A DNA stretch of 64,000 nt from OCS116 cluster bacterium AG-430-B22 (GCA_003209955.1 QCOD01000008.1:508-64507); one strand, 5' to 3'. Shown: positions 1-9,304, numbered from the stretch's first letter. The notes: generated from the sequence alone by a model not told the origin. A program made the numbers and translations.

Positions 1-1284
1 GATAATAAAATGCTTCAAAGAGTATATGGGACTGCGTGGACATCTGAGAAAGAGTTAAAAAAACATCTTATTCTAATTGAGGAAGCAGAGAAAAGAGATC
101 ACAGAAAACTTGGAAAAGAATTAGACCTTTTCCATTTTCAAGACATAGCTCCTGGTATGGTTTTTTGGCACGCAAACGGTTGGTCTATTTATAAAGAATT
201 AGAAGATTATATTCGAAGAAAAATCTCAAAAGAAGGTTATAAAGAAATTAAAACACCACAAATCTTAGATAAAGATCTATGGGTTGAGTCAGGCCATTGG
301 GATAAATACAAAGATAATATGTATAAAACAATTATTGATGATAGAGAATTGATGATTAAACCTATGAACTGTCCAGGACATGTTCAAATATATAATCAAG
401 GTATAAAAAGTTATAAAGATCTTCCATTAAGAATGGCAGAATTTGGTTCATGTCATCGTAATGAACCATCTGGCGCGCTTCATGGTTTAATGAGGGTTAG
501 AAACTTTGTTCAAGATGATGCGCATATTTTTTGCACTGAAGATCAAATAGAGAGTGAAACTATAAATTTTTGTAAACTACTTAAAGATGTATACAGTGAC
601 TTGGGTTTTGATGAGGTTTCAATAATGTATGCTGATAGGCCAGACCAAAGGGTAGGTACAGATGAGATTTGGGATAAAGCCGAAAATGCACTTTTGAACG
701 CATCTAAAGCAACAGGCTTACCCTTTAATATAAATAATGGAGATGGTGCTTTTTATGGTCCAAAGTTAGATTTTTATCTTCATGATACTATTGGTAGAAA
801 ATGGCAATGCGGAACACTACAGGTTGATTTTAATATGCCAGGGAGGTTGGGCGCAAGTTATGTTGGAGAAGATAATGAAAAGCATACACCAGTTATGCTT
901 CACCGTGCTATTTTAGGAAGTTTAGAGAGATTTACAGGTATTTTAATTGAGCATTATGAAGGAAAATTTCCTTTTTGGTTAGCTCCAATCCAATTAGTGA
1001 TCGCTACTATAACATCCAAAGCAGATGAATATGCTTATAAGGTAGAAGAAAAATTTATAGAAAAAGGAATAAGAGTTATTTTGGATTCTCGAAACGAAAA
1101 AATTAATTATAAAATTCGTGAACATTCTGTAAATAAAATACCATTTATTTTTGTTGTTGGAGTTAATGAGATGGATAATGAAAGTGTTGCCATCAGAAAA
1201 CTTGGTTCAGATAAACAAGAAATACTTAGCATCCAAGATAGTATAGATATGATTATTAAAGAAACTGCTGCACCAGATAGTTAG
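1..1284 (+). CDS. thrS: Threonyl-tRNA synthetase, C-terminal ~427 aa (5' end upstream of window)
   Basis: The frame is open from base 1 (GAT AAT AAA ATG), so the Met at 10 is internal. The translation ([22 protein letters not shown], class II core, C-terminal anticodon-binding domain) matches bacterial ThrRS along its length. Confidence 0.95.
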   Translation, partial: DNKMLQRVYGTAWTSEKELKKHLILIEEAEKRDHRKLGKELDLFHFQDIAPGMVFWHANGWSIYKELEDYIRRKISKEGYKEIKTPQILDKDLWVESGHWDKYKDNMYKTIIDDRELMIKPMNCPGHVQIYNQGIKSYKDLPLRMAEFGSCHRNEPSGALHGLMRVRNFVQDDAHIFCTEDQIESETINFCKLLKDVYSDLGFDEVSIMYADRPDQRVGTDEIWDKAENALLNASKATGLPFNINNGDGAFYGPKLDFYLHDTIGRKWQCGTLQVDFNMPGRLGASYVGEDNEKHTPVMLHRAILGSLERFTGILIEHYEGKFPFWLAPIQLVIATITSKADEYAYKVEEKFIEKGIRVILDSRNEKINYKIREHSVNKIPFIFVVGVNEMDNESVAIRKLGSDKQEILSIQDSIDMIIKETAAPDS

Positions 1285-1294
1285 TTAATTTATT

Positions 1295-1323
1295 TTATCC
1301 ACAGAAAAATGAAGTTATCCACA
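1295..1323 (+). promoter_or_regulatory. Two direct perfect DnaA-box 9-mers TTATCCACA (1295-1303 and 1315-1323)
   Basis: Exact matches to the consensus DnaA box were read directly. They are 20 bp apart in the same orientation, in the thrS-downstream intergenic region. The sequence match is certain but the function is not. Confidence 0.5.
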
Positions 1324-1379
1324 ATTAAATGAATGTTGATGATTGCTTGTCAATTAAAGTTATGGTTATATGAACTTGT

Positions 1380-1611
1380 CGGTCGCAATGACCAATGACC
1401 GATGGGCGGGTGAGAAGCCGCAGTGAGGATCGAATGGTATAAGATCCATGGTGGAAAGAAAGATAGCAATATCTGGAAAGAAACCAGCCAGAAACAGAAA
1501 GCTGGTCTTGAAAAAGAAGGAGCACTGAAGAAAGGTAGCGGAAGATCATGGTTTAATCGGGGGCGATTAAGTCAAACTTAAAGGGAGCTTGATGAAAGTT
1601 CCCTTTTTTTT
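1380..1611 (+). ncRNA. Candidate stand-alone structured small RNA of unassigned family
   Basis: This intergenic stretch is GC-rich (34/60 G+C at 1381-1440 by hand count, against ~30% background). Hairpins lie at 1427-1447 (GGATC/GATCC), 1483-1506 (ACCAGC/GCTGGT) and 1553-1570 (TTAATCG-GGGG-CGATTAA). It ends in an intrinsic terminator, and no + strand gene follows. The 5' end is a guess. Confidence 0.5.
1582..1611 (+). terminator. Rho-independent terminator (stem AGGGAGCTT / AAGTTCCCT, one mismatch, then an 8-T run)
   Basis: The stem-loop plus TTTTTTTT was read directly on the + strand. The T-run overlaps the stop codon of the convergent nifU-like gene. Confidence 0.6.
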
Positions 1612-2032
1612 ATTTAAGTTCATTTATACAATTCTCAACAGCATCGAAAACCAATAGTACAGAAGCATGCCTTCCCTTAAAATCTCTAACTGGTTCAAAA
1701 TATTTTAAATCGTCCCATTTTCCAGATGGAGGAGTTCCATCTTCCTTAAGCATATTGTACATTTCTTTTTTTACTTCTAAGAGCTCTTCTGAACCTGATC
1801 CTATTATATTTCTTGCCATAACTGAGGATGCTGCCTTACCAAGTGAACAAGCTTTAATTTCATGAGTAAAATTATTTACAATATTATCTTCCATATTTAA
1901 ATAAACGGTAATTTTAGAACCACATAATTTACTAACTACCGTAGAAGAAGAATCTGGTTTATCAAGTTTTCCTAATCTAGGAATATCTGAAGATAACCTT
2001 AAAATATTTGTATTATATAAATCCTTAATCAT
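1610..2032 (-). CDS. NifU/IscU-like iron-sulfur cluster assembly scaffold protein
   Basis: MIKDLYNTNILRLSSDIPRLG...KLCGS...KACSLG...ASSVMARN...HASVLLVFDAV matches the ~140-aa alphaproteobacterial NifU_N-type scaffold. I chose the ATG at 2032 (8-nt ATGATTAA overlap with the cysS stop) over the track start at 2080. Confidence 0.8.
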   Translation of the reverse strand: MIKDLYNTNILRLSSDIPRLGKLDKPDSSSTVVSKLCGSKITVYLNMEDNIVNNFTHEIKACSLGKAASSVMARNIIGSGSEELLEVKKEMYNMLKEDGTPPSGKWDDLKYFEPVRDFKGRHASVLLVFDAVENCINELK

Positions 2033-3392
2033 TTTTTTTCTTCCAAGTAGTAATATCATTCTTATCTTCAAGCACCACACCCATATCTAAAAGTTTATCT
2101 CTTATATTATCTGCAACTGAAAAATCTCTAGATTGCCTTGCTTGATTTCTTTCTTCAATTAGATCGTTAATTACTTTTATATCAATATTATTGTCTTCTT
2201 TTAATAGCCAATTACTTGGTTTTGAAAATAAGAGTCCCATAAAGTTAGCAGATTTAATAAATGAACTTCTTAACTCATTATTATCAGGATCTTTTTTTAG
2301 ATCTTTAAACATTGAGTGGAGAACTGATATTGCTTTTGGTGTATTAATATCATCAGATAAAGAACTAAGAATTTCTTCATTAACATTAATATCCATAGTA
2401 TCAACACCTTCATATTGTTCTAGGAAAGAATAAAAAGTATTTAATGTTTTTTTTGATTGATCAACTAAATCATCTGACCACTTTAAAGGCTGCCTATAAT
2501 GAGAGCTCATTAAAGATAGCCTTATTACTTCGCCGGGCATTTCATTAATTAAATCTTTAATTAAAAGAATATTTCCAAGAGATTTAGACATTTTGGAATC
2601 TGCCATTTGAACCATTCCATTATGTAACCAAAAATTTGCTAATTGCTTACCATCATTTCTACAAAATGACTGCGCACACTCATTTTCATGATGAGGAAAC
2701 CTTAAATCTTCACCTCCACCATGAATATCTATAGTTTCTCCAAATATCTCTAGAATCATAGTCGAGCATTCTAGGTGCCATCCTGGCCGCCCTCTTCCCC
2801 AAGGACTGTCCCAGCCAATCTCATTTTCATTAGAAGGTTTCCACAAAACAAAATCTAAAGGGTTTTTTTTGTAATCTTGAACTTCAACTCTTGAGCCTGC
2901 AATCATATCTTTAGGATCTCTGCTAGATAAATCCCCATATGATTTATAAGAATCAATATTAAATAACACATGTCCCTCAGAAAAGTATGCATTATCTTTT
3001 TTTATTAAATCCTCAATAAATAAAATCATCTCAGAAATAAATTGTGTTGCATAAGGCTCCTTATTAGGTTTTTCAACATTCAAAATTTTCATATCTGAGT
3101 GATATTGATTTGTAGATTTCTTGGTAATTTCAGATATTTCAACATTTTGCTCAAAAGCAGCATTTATTATTTTATCATCAACATCAGTTATATTTCTCGC
3201 ATATGTAACATTTTTATATTTATTTCTTAGTAATTTTGCCAATACATCAAAAACTACTGCTGGTCTTGCATTACCAATATGATGTGCCCCATAAACTGTC
3301 GGGCCACATACATACATAGTCACATTTTCATCATTAACAGGATGAAATATCTCTTTTTTCTTACTTTTTGAGTTATATAATCGAATTTCCAT
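2025..3392 (-). CDS. cysS: Cysteinyl-tRNA synthetase
   Basis: Class I motifs HIGN (HIGH) and KMSKS are present, and the protein is full-length compared with CysRS. Confidence 0.95.
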   Translation of the reverse strand: MEIRLYNSKSKKKEIFHPVNDENVTMYVCGPTVYGAHHIGNARPAVVFDVLAKLLRNKYKNVTYARNITDVDDKIINAAFEQNVEISEITKKSTNQYHSDMKILNVEKPNKEPYATQFISEMILFIEDLIKKDNAYFSEGHVLFNIDSYKSYGDLSSRDPKDMIAGSRVEVQDYKKNPLDFVLWKPSNENEIGWDSPWGRGRPGWHLECSTMILEIFGETIDIHGGGEDLRFPHHENECAQSFCRNDGKQLANFWLHNGMVQMADSKMSKSLGNILLIKDLINEMPGEVIRLSLMSSHYRQPLKWSDDLVDQSKKTLNTFYSFLEQYEGVDTMDINVNEEILSSLSDDINTPKAISVLHSMFKDLKKDPDNNELRSSFIKSANFMGLLFSKPSNWLLKEDNNIDIKVINDLIEERNQARQSRDFSVADNIRDKLLDMGVVLEDKNDITTWKKKND

Positions 3393-3507
3393 AGCAAAAA
3401 TCTATAAAATACTTGTATTTTCTTATATTAATATCATATACATTGCTATATTAGAAAATTAATCAAAGTAAAAGTCACAATTTTGTCTTTTATGTCAGGA
3501 GATTATC

Positions 3508-4122
3508 ATGGATATGAAAGTTGATAAAAATCAAATCGATTTAGATCAAGAGAAGCCTACGAGGGAAGAAGCTATGGATGCAGTTAAAACCCTTATATCA
3601 TGGGCTGGTGATAATCCATCTCGTGAAGGGTTGATAGACACACCTAAAAGAGTTGTGAAAGCTTATGAAGAATTTTTTGCAGGCTATAATCAAGATCCTC
3701 TATCTACTCTAAGTAAAACATTTGAGGATGTTCAGGGTTATGACGATATTGTCTTTCTAAGAGATATTAATATAGAAACTCATTGTGAACACCATATGGT
3801 ACCAATTCTAGGTGTTGCACATGTGGCCTATTTACCTAGAGATAAAGTGGTTGGTATCTCAAAACTAGCAAGAGTAATTGATATTTTTGCAAAGAGGCTT
3901 CAAACTCAAGAAACCATGACGATGCAAATTCTTGAAACCATTGATCAAGCACTAGATCCTCTCGGTACAGCTATAATGATTGATGCTAAGCATCAATGTA
4001 TGACGACAAGAGGCATTAGCAAGCCTAATGTATCAACAGTTACTACCAAATTTTCAGGATTATTTGCTGAAGATAGTGAGCTAAGACAGAGATTTATGGG
4101 CCTAACACAAGCAAAAGGTTAA
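3508..4122 (+). CDS. folE: GTP cyclohydrolase I
   Basis: REGLIDTPKRVVKAYEEFF, ETHCEHHMVP and RLQTQE are FolE signatures. AGGAG lies 6 nt upstream of the ATG. Confidence 0.93.
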   Translation: MDMKVDKNQIDLDQEKPTREEAMDAVKTLISWAGDNPSREGLIDTPKRVVKAYEEFFAGYNQDPLSTLSKTFEDVQGYDDIVFLRDINIETHCEHHMVPILGVAHVAYLPRDKVVGISKLARVIDIFAKRLQTQETMTMQILETIDQALDPLGTAIMIDAKHQCMTTRGISKPNVSTVTTKFSGLFAEDSELRQRFMGLTQAKG

Positions 4123-4124
4123 TT

Positions 4125-4613
4125 TTGTCACAAAATTACGAAAATAATTTCAAACAAAGATTATCAGTCGAAGAGGTTGAAGAAGGTCTTTCTCTAAGCC
4201 CTAAATTTGATGAAAACGGTTTAATACCATGTATAACCACAGATAATAATACTGGTGAATTATTGATGGTTGGCTATATGAACGCTGAGGCATTAACTAA
4301 AACAATAGAAAATGGTGAGGCTTATTATTTTAGCCGTTCACAGAAAAAAATTTGGCATAAAGGTTCTGTTTCGGGTTTAACCCAAAAAATTGTTGAAATG
4401 AGAATTGATGATGATCAAGATTCTATTTGGATATCAGTTGATGTATCAGGAACAGGCGCTAGTTGTCATGTTGGATATAAATCATGTTTTTACCGATCAA
4501 TTCCTTTGAAGTCTAAGGTTAATGAAAACATTGAACTTATAATGAGCGATGAAGAAAAGCTTTTTGATCCTGATGAAGTATATAAAGGCCTTCCAAACCC
4601 AACAAAGTTATAG
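4125..4613 (+). CDS. hisI: Phosphoribosyl-AMP cyclohydrolase (monofunctional HisI)
   Basis: GLIPCITTD...LMVGYMNAEAL...YYFSRSQKKIWHKG..SG..Q and CHVGYKSCFY are HisI signatures. It uses a TTG start 2 nt after the folE stop. Confidence 0.9.
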   Translation: MSQNYENNFKQRLSVEEVEEGLSLSPKFDENGLIPCITTDNNTGELLMVGYMNAEALTKTIENGEAYYFSRSQKKIWHKGSVSGLTQKIVEMRIDDDQDSIWISVDVSGTGASCHVGYKSCFYRSIPLKSKVNENIELIMSDEEKLFDPDEVYKGLPNPTKL

Positions 4614-4988
4614 TTAATCTGGAAATTTTTCAAAAGGAAATGGTTTTTGATCATTATTACCTGTTGAAAACAAAAGACATTCCTTCAAATATAAAGATAA
4701 TCTTCGAGAAAACTCATTTAATTCAGAAAGCTGACCAGAATCAACTACCCTCACTATAAAAGATAAAATAGATAAAACTACAATTACCCAAAAAGACATC
4801 CAAGCTAAAATAAGAAAAGCAACACAGAATATAAATTCTTTAAAATACTTAAAAACTTTTATAGCAATTTGATCATCTGCAGATTTTGCCTCAGAAGGCT
4901 GACTAGTTATTTCGTCATCAGATTGATTATTCAGTGAGTTATCTGAATTCTCAAATTCTTCATTAATATCTTTATTATCTTCATTCAT
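4614..4988 (-). CDS. Hypothetical membrane protein with an acidic N-terminus and hydrophobic core
   Basis: The ORF fills the gap exactly, abutting the hisI stop. One or two predicted TM helices (FIFCVAFLILAWMSFWVIVVLSILSFIV). I do not recognise the family with confidence. Confidence 0.55.
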   Translation of the reverse strand: MNEDNKDINEEFENSDNSLNNQSDDEITSQPSEAKSADDQIAIKVFKYFKEFIFCVAFLILAWMSFWVIVVLSILSFIVRVVDSGQLSELNEFSRRLSLYLKECLLFSTGNNDQKPFPFEKFPD

Positions 4989-5032
4989 GAATACATATCT
5001 TTCATAATAAATTTTCTATATCAACAAAAAAA

Positions 5033-5647
5033 TTAAGAATTCTTTGTTAATTTATTCAATTTATAGTCAATAAGCTCAATCCTATCATTACCAAAATACA
5101 TATCATTATCATTAATAAAAATCGTAGGCGATCCAAAACCGCCCCTTTCAATAAGACTTTCAGTATTATTTCTAAGTTTATTTTTAACTGTTTCTTTTTG
5201 TATTGAGTGAAAAGTTTTTGAAGGATCCATACCACAATTTTTTAATATTCTTTCTAAAATATCGTTGTCTCCAACATTAAGATCATCTTCCCAATAGGAT
5301 TTAAAGCAGAGACTTGCAAATTCTACCAATTTATTTTCTTCTTCCGCAATAATGGCTATTCGCATCATTTTAACAGCATTTACAGGAAATATTGATGGCC
5401 ACTTTATCTTAACTTCCGATAATTCAGCCCAATCCTGCATATCTTTTCTTGAGTATTTAAATTTTCTTGGATTTGGGTTTTCTCTCTGAATATATATATC
5501 TTTATTAACCTCATTGAAAACACCTCCAACTAATATTGGTTTCCAGATTGGCCTAATACTGTATTTTTCTAAAACTGAATGAATTCTTGAAAAAGCTAAA
5601 TAAGTCCATGGAGAGGAACAATCAAAAAAAAACTCAAATTTAACCAT
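5033..5647 (-). CDS. DsbA-family 2-hydroxychromene-2-carboxylate isomerase-like protein
   Basis: The N-terminus FFFDCSSPWTYLAF and C-terminus GGFGSPTIFIN...FGNDR are typical of HCCA isomerase/DsbA-like thioredoxin-fold proteins. The start was moved to the ATG at 5647 (MVKFEFFFD). Confidence 0.75.
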   Translation of the reverse strand: MVKFEFFFDCSSPWTYLAFSRIHSVLEKYSIRPIWKPILVGGVFNEVNKDIYIQRENPNPRKFKYSRKDMQDWAELSEVKIKWPSIFPVNAVKMMRIAIIAEEENKLVEFASLCFKSYWEDDLNVGDNDILERILKNCGMDPSKTFHSIQKETVKNKLRNNTESLIERGGFGSPTIFINDNDMYFGNDRIELIDYKLNKLTKNS

Positions 5648-5652
5648 TAAAG

Positions 5653-6429
5653 TTATTTTCCTTTCCAATCAGGTTTTCTTTTTTGAGAAAAAGCAAGAGG
5701 ACCTTCTACAAAATCTTCACTCTTAAATAATGAAATAACTGAATCATATTTTTGATTCATTGCTTCTTCAATTGATGAAAAGTTTAAGCCATTTAAAGCA
5801 ACATTTTTAGTTGTTCTGATAGAAACTGGTGAGCATTCCATAATCATCTCAGCCCATTCCTCAGCCCTTATTAATAATTCTTCTTGGGACACAACCTCAT
5901 TAACAAAACCAAGGTCTTTGCCTTCCGAAGCTTTTACTGTTCTACCTGTTAACATCATTCCCATTGCTCTTTTTAAACCTATCTGTCTCGGAAGTCGGTG
6001 CATACCTCCTGCAAGAGCAGCCAAACCAACTTTAGGTTCAGGAAGAGCAAATGTTGCATTATCAGAGGCAATAATCAGATCACATGCTAATGCAATTTCA
6101 AACCCTCCTCCCATAGCCACTCCATTAACTGCGGCAATTATTGGCTTGTTGAGATCATATCTTGATGTAAGACCAGCAAATCCAGATGGGACACTCTCCA
6201 TTTTACCCCCTTCAGCTTGATATTTTAAATCATTACCTGCTGAAAAGGCCCGATCACCTGATCCAGTTACAATTGCAACCCAAGCCTCATTATCTTTTTG
6301 AAAATTATTAAAGATCTCATCTAATTCTTTATGAGCAGGTGAATGTAAAGCATTCATTCTTTCTGGTCTATTAAGGGTTATAATCCATAAATGTTCTTTT
6401 TTTTCTATAATAGCAAATTCGTAAGCCAT
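5653..6429 (-). CDS. Enoyl-CoA hydratase/isomerase (crotonase) family protein
   Basis: LNRPERMNAL, FSAGNDLK and AAVNGVAMGGGFEIALACDL are crotonase signatures. AGGAG lies 6 nt upstream of the ATG at 6429, so the GTG at 6444 was discarded. Confidence 0.85.
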   Translation of the reverse strand: MAYEFAIIEKKEHLWIITLNRPERMNALHSPAHKELDEIFNNFQKDNEAWVAIVTGSGDRAFSAGNDLKYQAEGGKMESVPSGFAGLTSRYDLNKPIIAAVNGVAMGGGFEIALACDLIIASDNATFALPEPKVGLAALAGGMHRLPRQIGLKRAMGMMLTGRTVKASEGKDLGFVNEVVSQEELLIRAEEWAEMIMECSPVSIRTTKNVALNGLNFSSIEEAMNQKYDSVISLFKSEDFVEGPLAFSQKRKPDWKGK

Positions 6430-6440
6430 AATTTCTCCTG

Positions 6441-6968
6441 TCACAATAATTTTAAATTTTCTTTATAATTTTTCCAATTCTCACAATAATGATCTGCTGA
6501 AGCAATTAAAAAACTTTCCATATCTTTATCAATCGTCCTTATAACTTTGCCTGGCACCCCAACAACCATTGAATTATCTGGAATTTCTTTTTTTTCAGGA
6601 ATAAGTGTTTTAGATCCAATAAGACAATTTTTTCCAATTTTTGCCCCATTTAAAATTACTGTTCCAATACCAATAAGTGAATTATCTCCAATACTACAAC
6701 CATGAAGCATAACTTGATGGCCAATTGTTACATTCTTTCCTATTTTTAGAGGAAAACCATAGTCAGTATGTAAAACACTTCCATCTTGAACATTACTATT
6801 TTCTCCAATAAGAATTTCTTCACAGTCACCCCTTAGAGTAGCTGAGAACCAAACGCTTGAATTTACTTTCATTTTTACATCGCCAATAATATTAGCATCA
6901 GGAGCAACCCAATATCTCTCATCATCAGGCAATATAGGTTCTTTATCGTTAAGTTTAAAAATCGGCAT
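6441..6968 (-). CDS. Gamma-class carbonic anhydrase-like hexapeptide-repeat protein (YrdA/PaaY-like)
   Basis: It has a left-handed beta-helix repeat pattern (IGDV.., [48 protein letters not shown]). The start was set at the ATG at 6968 (MPIFKL). Confidence 0.8.
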   Translation of the reverse strand: MPIFKLNDKEPILPDDERYWVAPDANIIGDVKMKVNSSVWFSATLRGDCEEILIGENSNVQDGSVLHTDYGFPLKIGKNVTIGHQVMLHGCSIGDNSLIGIGTVILNGAKIGKNCLIGSKTLIPEKKEIPDNSMVVGVPGKVIRTIDKDMESFLIASADHYCENWKNYKENLKLL

Positions 6969-6975
6969 TAGTGCA

Positions 6976-7386
6976 TTATAAATCAAAATCTAAAATTGAC
7001 ATCGAAAATGTACATGAAGCATCATTATCTCTAAAAACAACTCCTATAAATTCTTCCTCATCATTTTCATTTAGTATTAATACTTCCTTAGAATCTTCAA
7101 TTGACCCCCTATCAGAAATAATGATTTTCTTTTTTTTAGATAAAGATTGAATATTTGTTTCAAGATTTTCTTTATCAGTAATTGAATGATCTATTGGAAT
7201 AGTTAATGAATAAGAAATATCCTCCTCATCGGGATCATCATCTTTTTGCAAACTTCCAATAGCTTCGGAATAAATAAAAAAAGACGCAGTTGGGGGAACA
7301 TCTTGATCTTTTCTTATAGATATATCTTCGTTATCAAATATATCTCTTAAATAGTTTTGAATTATTAAAATTTCATCATTATTCAT
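6976..7386 (-). CDS. DUF3126-like protein, apparently a tandem duplication of the domain
   Basis: Both halves resemble the ~70-aa alphaproteobacterial DUF3126 that usually neighbours cysE. The N half has IQNYLRDIF...ISIRK...[26 protein letters not shown]. The C half has IIISDR...SKEVLIL...[26 protein letters not shown]. Confidence 0.6.
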   Translation of the reverse strand: MNNDEILIIQNYLRDIFDNEDISIRKDQDVPPTASFFIYSEAIGSLQKDDDPDEEDISYSLTIPIDHSITDKENLETNIQSLSKKKKIIISDRGSIEDSKEVLILNENDEEEFIGVVFRDNDASCTFSMSILDFDL

Positions 7387-7396
7387 AATTAAGCCT

Positions 7397-8128
7397 TTAG
7401 TTATTTATGACTTTCGCGGGCACACCAACAGCTGTACAATCTTTTGGAATATCATCTATTACCACTGATCCTGCACCAATTTTTGCATTATCGCCAATTT
7501 TTATATTTCCGACTATAGTTGAATTAGCTGACAACAAAACATTCTTTCCTACTTGAGGGTGTCTTTGTCCTTTTTCTGATCCAACTCCACCTAAAGTTAC
7601 GCCATGAAATATAGAAGAATAATCTCCTACTATAGCTGTTTCACCTATAACAACTCCAGATGCATGATCTACCATAATACCTTTACCCATCTTGGCATTA
7701 GGATGTATATCAACATTAAATTTTTCTGAGACAACTGATTGAATATACAATGAAAAACTCAGTTTTTCTTCAACCCAATAATTAGCAACTCTATATGCCT
7801 GTAATGCGTGAAACCCTTTATAAAAAAGCATTGGTTGAAAAAAATAATTACATGCAGGGTCTTTATGATAAATTTCATTTATATCCTCTTCTATCGCATG
7901 AATAATATCTTTACTTTTAAAAGCAACGCCAACATCATGAATAATATTGTCTTCATGAACTTCCTGCGATTTTAAATTTTTACTTATTAATAATGACAAT
8001 GCATCAGATAAATTATTAAAATTTAAAATATTATTCTTAAAATAATATTTCATAGTTTTATCATTAGAAAATAATTCGACTTCTTCTAAAATTTTATTCC
8101 AGAGATCTTCTTTATAAAGTTTTTTCAT
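7397..8128 (-). CDS. cysE: Serine O-acetyltransferase
   Basis: The N-terminal SATase helical domain is followed by DIHPNAKMGKGIMVDHASGVVIGETAIVGD...GVTLGG hexapeptide repeats. Confidence 0.9.
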   Translation of the reverse strand: MKKLYKEDLWNKILEEVELFSNDKTMKYYFKNNILNFNNLSDALSLLISKNLKSQEVHEDNIIHDVGVAFKSKDIIHAIEEDINEIYHKDPACNYFFQPMLFYKGFHALQAYRVANYWVEEKLSFSLYIQSVVSEKFNVDIHPNAKMGKGIMVDHASGVVIGETAIVGDYSSIFHGVTLGGVGSEKGQRHPQVGKNVLLSANSTIVGNIKIGDNAKIGAGSVVIDDIPKDCTAVGVPAKVINN

Positions 8129-8207
8129 AACATTCCTCTAAAAATAACTTTATTTACTTTATTTATAACTTATAACTACATTGCTATGATAAATGGAAGA
8201 GTAAAAT

Positions 8208-8987
8208 ATGTCTGAAGTTAGAAAAGTAGCTATAATTACTGGTTCATCTCAAGGATTGGGCGCTTCAATTGCAGTTAAATTGTCTCAAAGAAATATTAAT
8301 TTAGTAATTAATTACTCAAGCAATAAGGACATGGCATTAAAAATAAAAGATGAATGTGTCAATAATGGTGTTGAAGCTATAACTGTTCAAGCAGATGTTT
8401 CAAGCGATGATGATTGCAAAAAAATTGTTCAAGAAACTATAAATGCTTTTGGAAGGGTAGATATTCTTGTTAACAATGCTGGAACAACAAAATTTGCTGA
8501 TCATTCTAAATTAGATAAACTTAATGATGAAGATTTTATAAATATCTATAAGGTTAATGTTATTGGACCTTATCAAATGATTAGGGCTGTTGAACCTATA
8601 ATGAAAAAAAATGGTTTTGGGGCAGTAGTAAATATTTCATCTATCGCTGGAAAAACAGGTATAGGATCTTCTATTGCTTATGCTGCTTCTAAAGGTGCTC
8701 TTAACACAATGACATTATCTTTAGCAAAAGCTCTTGGGCCTGAAATAAGGGTAAATACTGTATGTCCAGGATTTATTGGAACAGGCTGGTTTGAAAATAG
8801 ATTTGGTAAAGAAACTTTTGACCGAATAAAAAAAGATCAAGAAAACATAACCCCATTGAATAAAGCTGGTACACCAGATGATATTGCTGATAGCGCTGTA
8901 TTCTTTTGTCTTGAAGGTGCAGAACATATAACTGGAGAAACCTTAATCTCTGATGCAGGAATGCATTTAAATCTGCCTAAAGGTTAA
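8208..8987 (+). CDS. SDR-family oxidoreductase (FabG-like)
   Basis: TGSSQGLG (TGxxxGxG), NNAG and the YAASK (YxxxK) catalytic motif are present. Confidence 0.85.
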   Translation: MSEVRKVAIITGSSQGLGASIAVKLSQRNINLVINYSSNKDMALKIKDECVNNGVEAITVQADVSSDDDCKKIVQETINAFGRVDILVNNAGTTKFADHSKLDKLNDEDFINIYKVNVIGPYQMIRAVEPIMKKNGFGAVVNISSIAGKTGIGSSIAYAASKGALNTMTLSLAKALGPEIRVNTVCPGFIGTGWFENRFGKETFDRIKKDQENITPLNKAGTPDDIADSAVFFCLEGAEHITGETLISDAGMHLNLPKG

Positions 8988-8991
8988 CAAA

Positions 8992-9204
8992 ATGAGAGAT
9001 TTACCTAAAATTGCTAATGATGATGGAAAAAAGGAAATTCAAATCACATTCACCAAATTCATATGCATAGGGGCATCTCCACCACACGACCACCCTCATG
9101 TTTCTCTAGAAATAGGAAAGAACAAACAAATAATTTGTCCGTATTGTGGCACTATCTATAAGTTAGTTGATGCAGTGGATTATTTGGATGATTTAAAAGA
9201 ATAG
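8992..9204 (+). CDS. Zinc-finger (zf-CHCC, NDUFS6-like) domain protein
   Basis: This 70-aa protein has HPHVSLEIG...IICPYCGTIYKL, matching the small alphaproteobacterial zinc-finger proteins related to the C-terminus of NDUFS6. Confidence 0.7.
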   Translation: MRDLPKIANDDGKKEIQITFTKFICIGASPPHDHPHVSLEIGKNKQIICPYCGTIYKLVDAVDYLDDLKE

Positions 9205-9214
9205 TAATTTTTAA

Positions 9215-9302
9215 TGGTGCGGACACCCGGACTCGAACCGGGACGGAGATAATCTCCTTCAGATTTTAAGTCTGATGTGTCTACCAATTCCACCATGTCC
9301 GC
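9215..9302 (-). tRNA. tRNA-Leu (anticodon UAA), class II with long variable arm and encoded CCA
   Basis: The reverse complement reads GCGGACA..TCAGA-CTTAAAA-TCTGA..GGAGATTATCTCC..CCGGTTCGAGTCCGG..TGTCCGCACCA. It folds as a cloverleaf with a TTCGAGT T-loop and anticodon TAA. The 5' end is 2 nt after the purB stop. Confidence 0.95.
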
Positions 9303-9304
9303 AT

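Noticed and set aside
1448-1528. A 26-codon, highly basic + strand ORF (MVERKIAISGKKPARNRKLVLKKKEH) inside the RNA candidate.
   Set aside because: There is no SD-like sequence upstream, and AAR/AGR codons are an automatic consequence of the A/G-rich strand. It is not excluded, but there is no positive support for it.
1325-1549. A 74-aa minus-strand ORF in the thrS-downstream intergenic region.
   Set aside because: It is the complement of the purine-rich + strand, which naturally lacks stops in antisense. It has no recognisable family, no SD, and an odd Ser/Leu/Arg-rich composition. The locus is better explained as a + strand RNA ending at the terminator.
1380-1611. Tried to assign the RNA candidate to SRP RNA, RNase P RNA or 6S RNA.
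   Set aside because: Only short, scattered resemblances were found (GGGUGAGAAG, GGUGGAAAG, ACAGAAAGCUGG, GGAGCAC). They are in the wrong order and lack the required long-range helices. The length is too short for RNase P. I cannot run a covariance model, so it is left unassigned.
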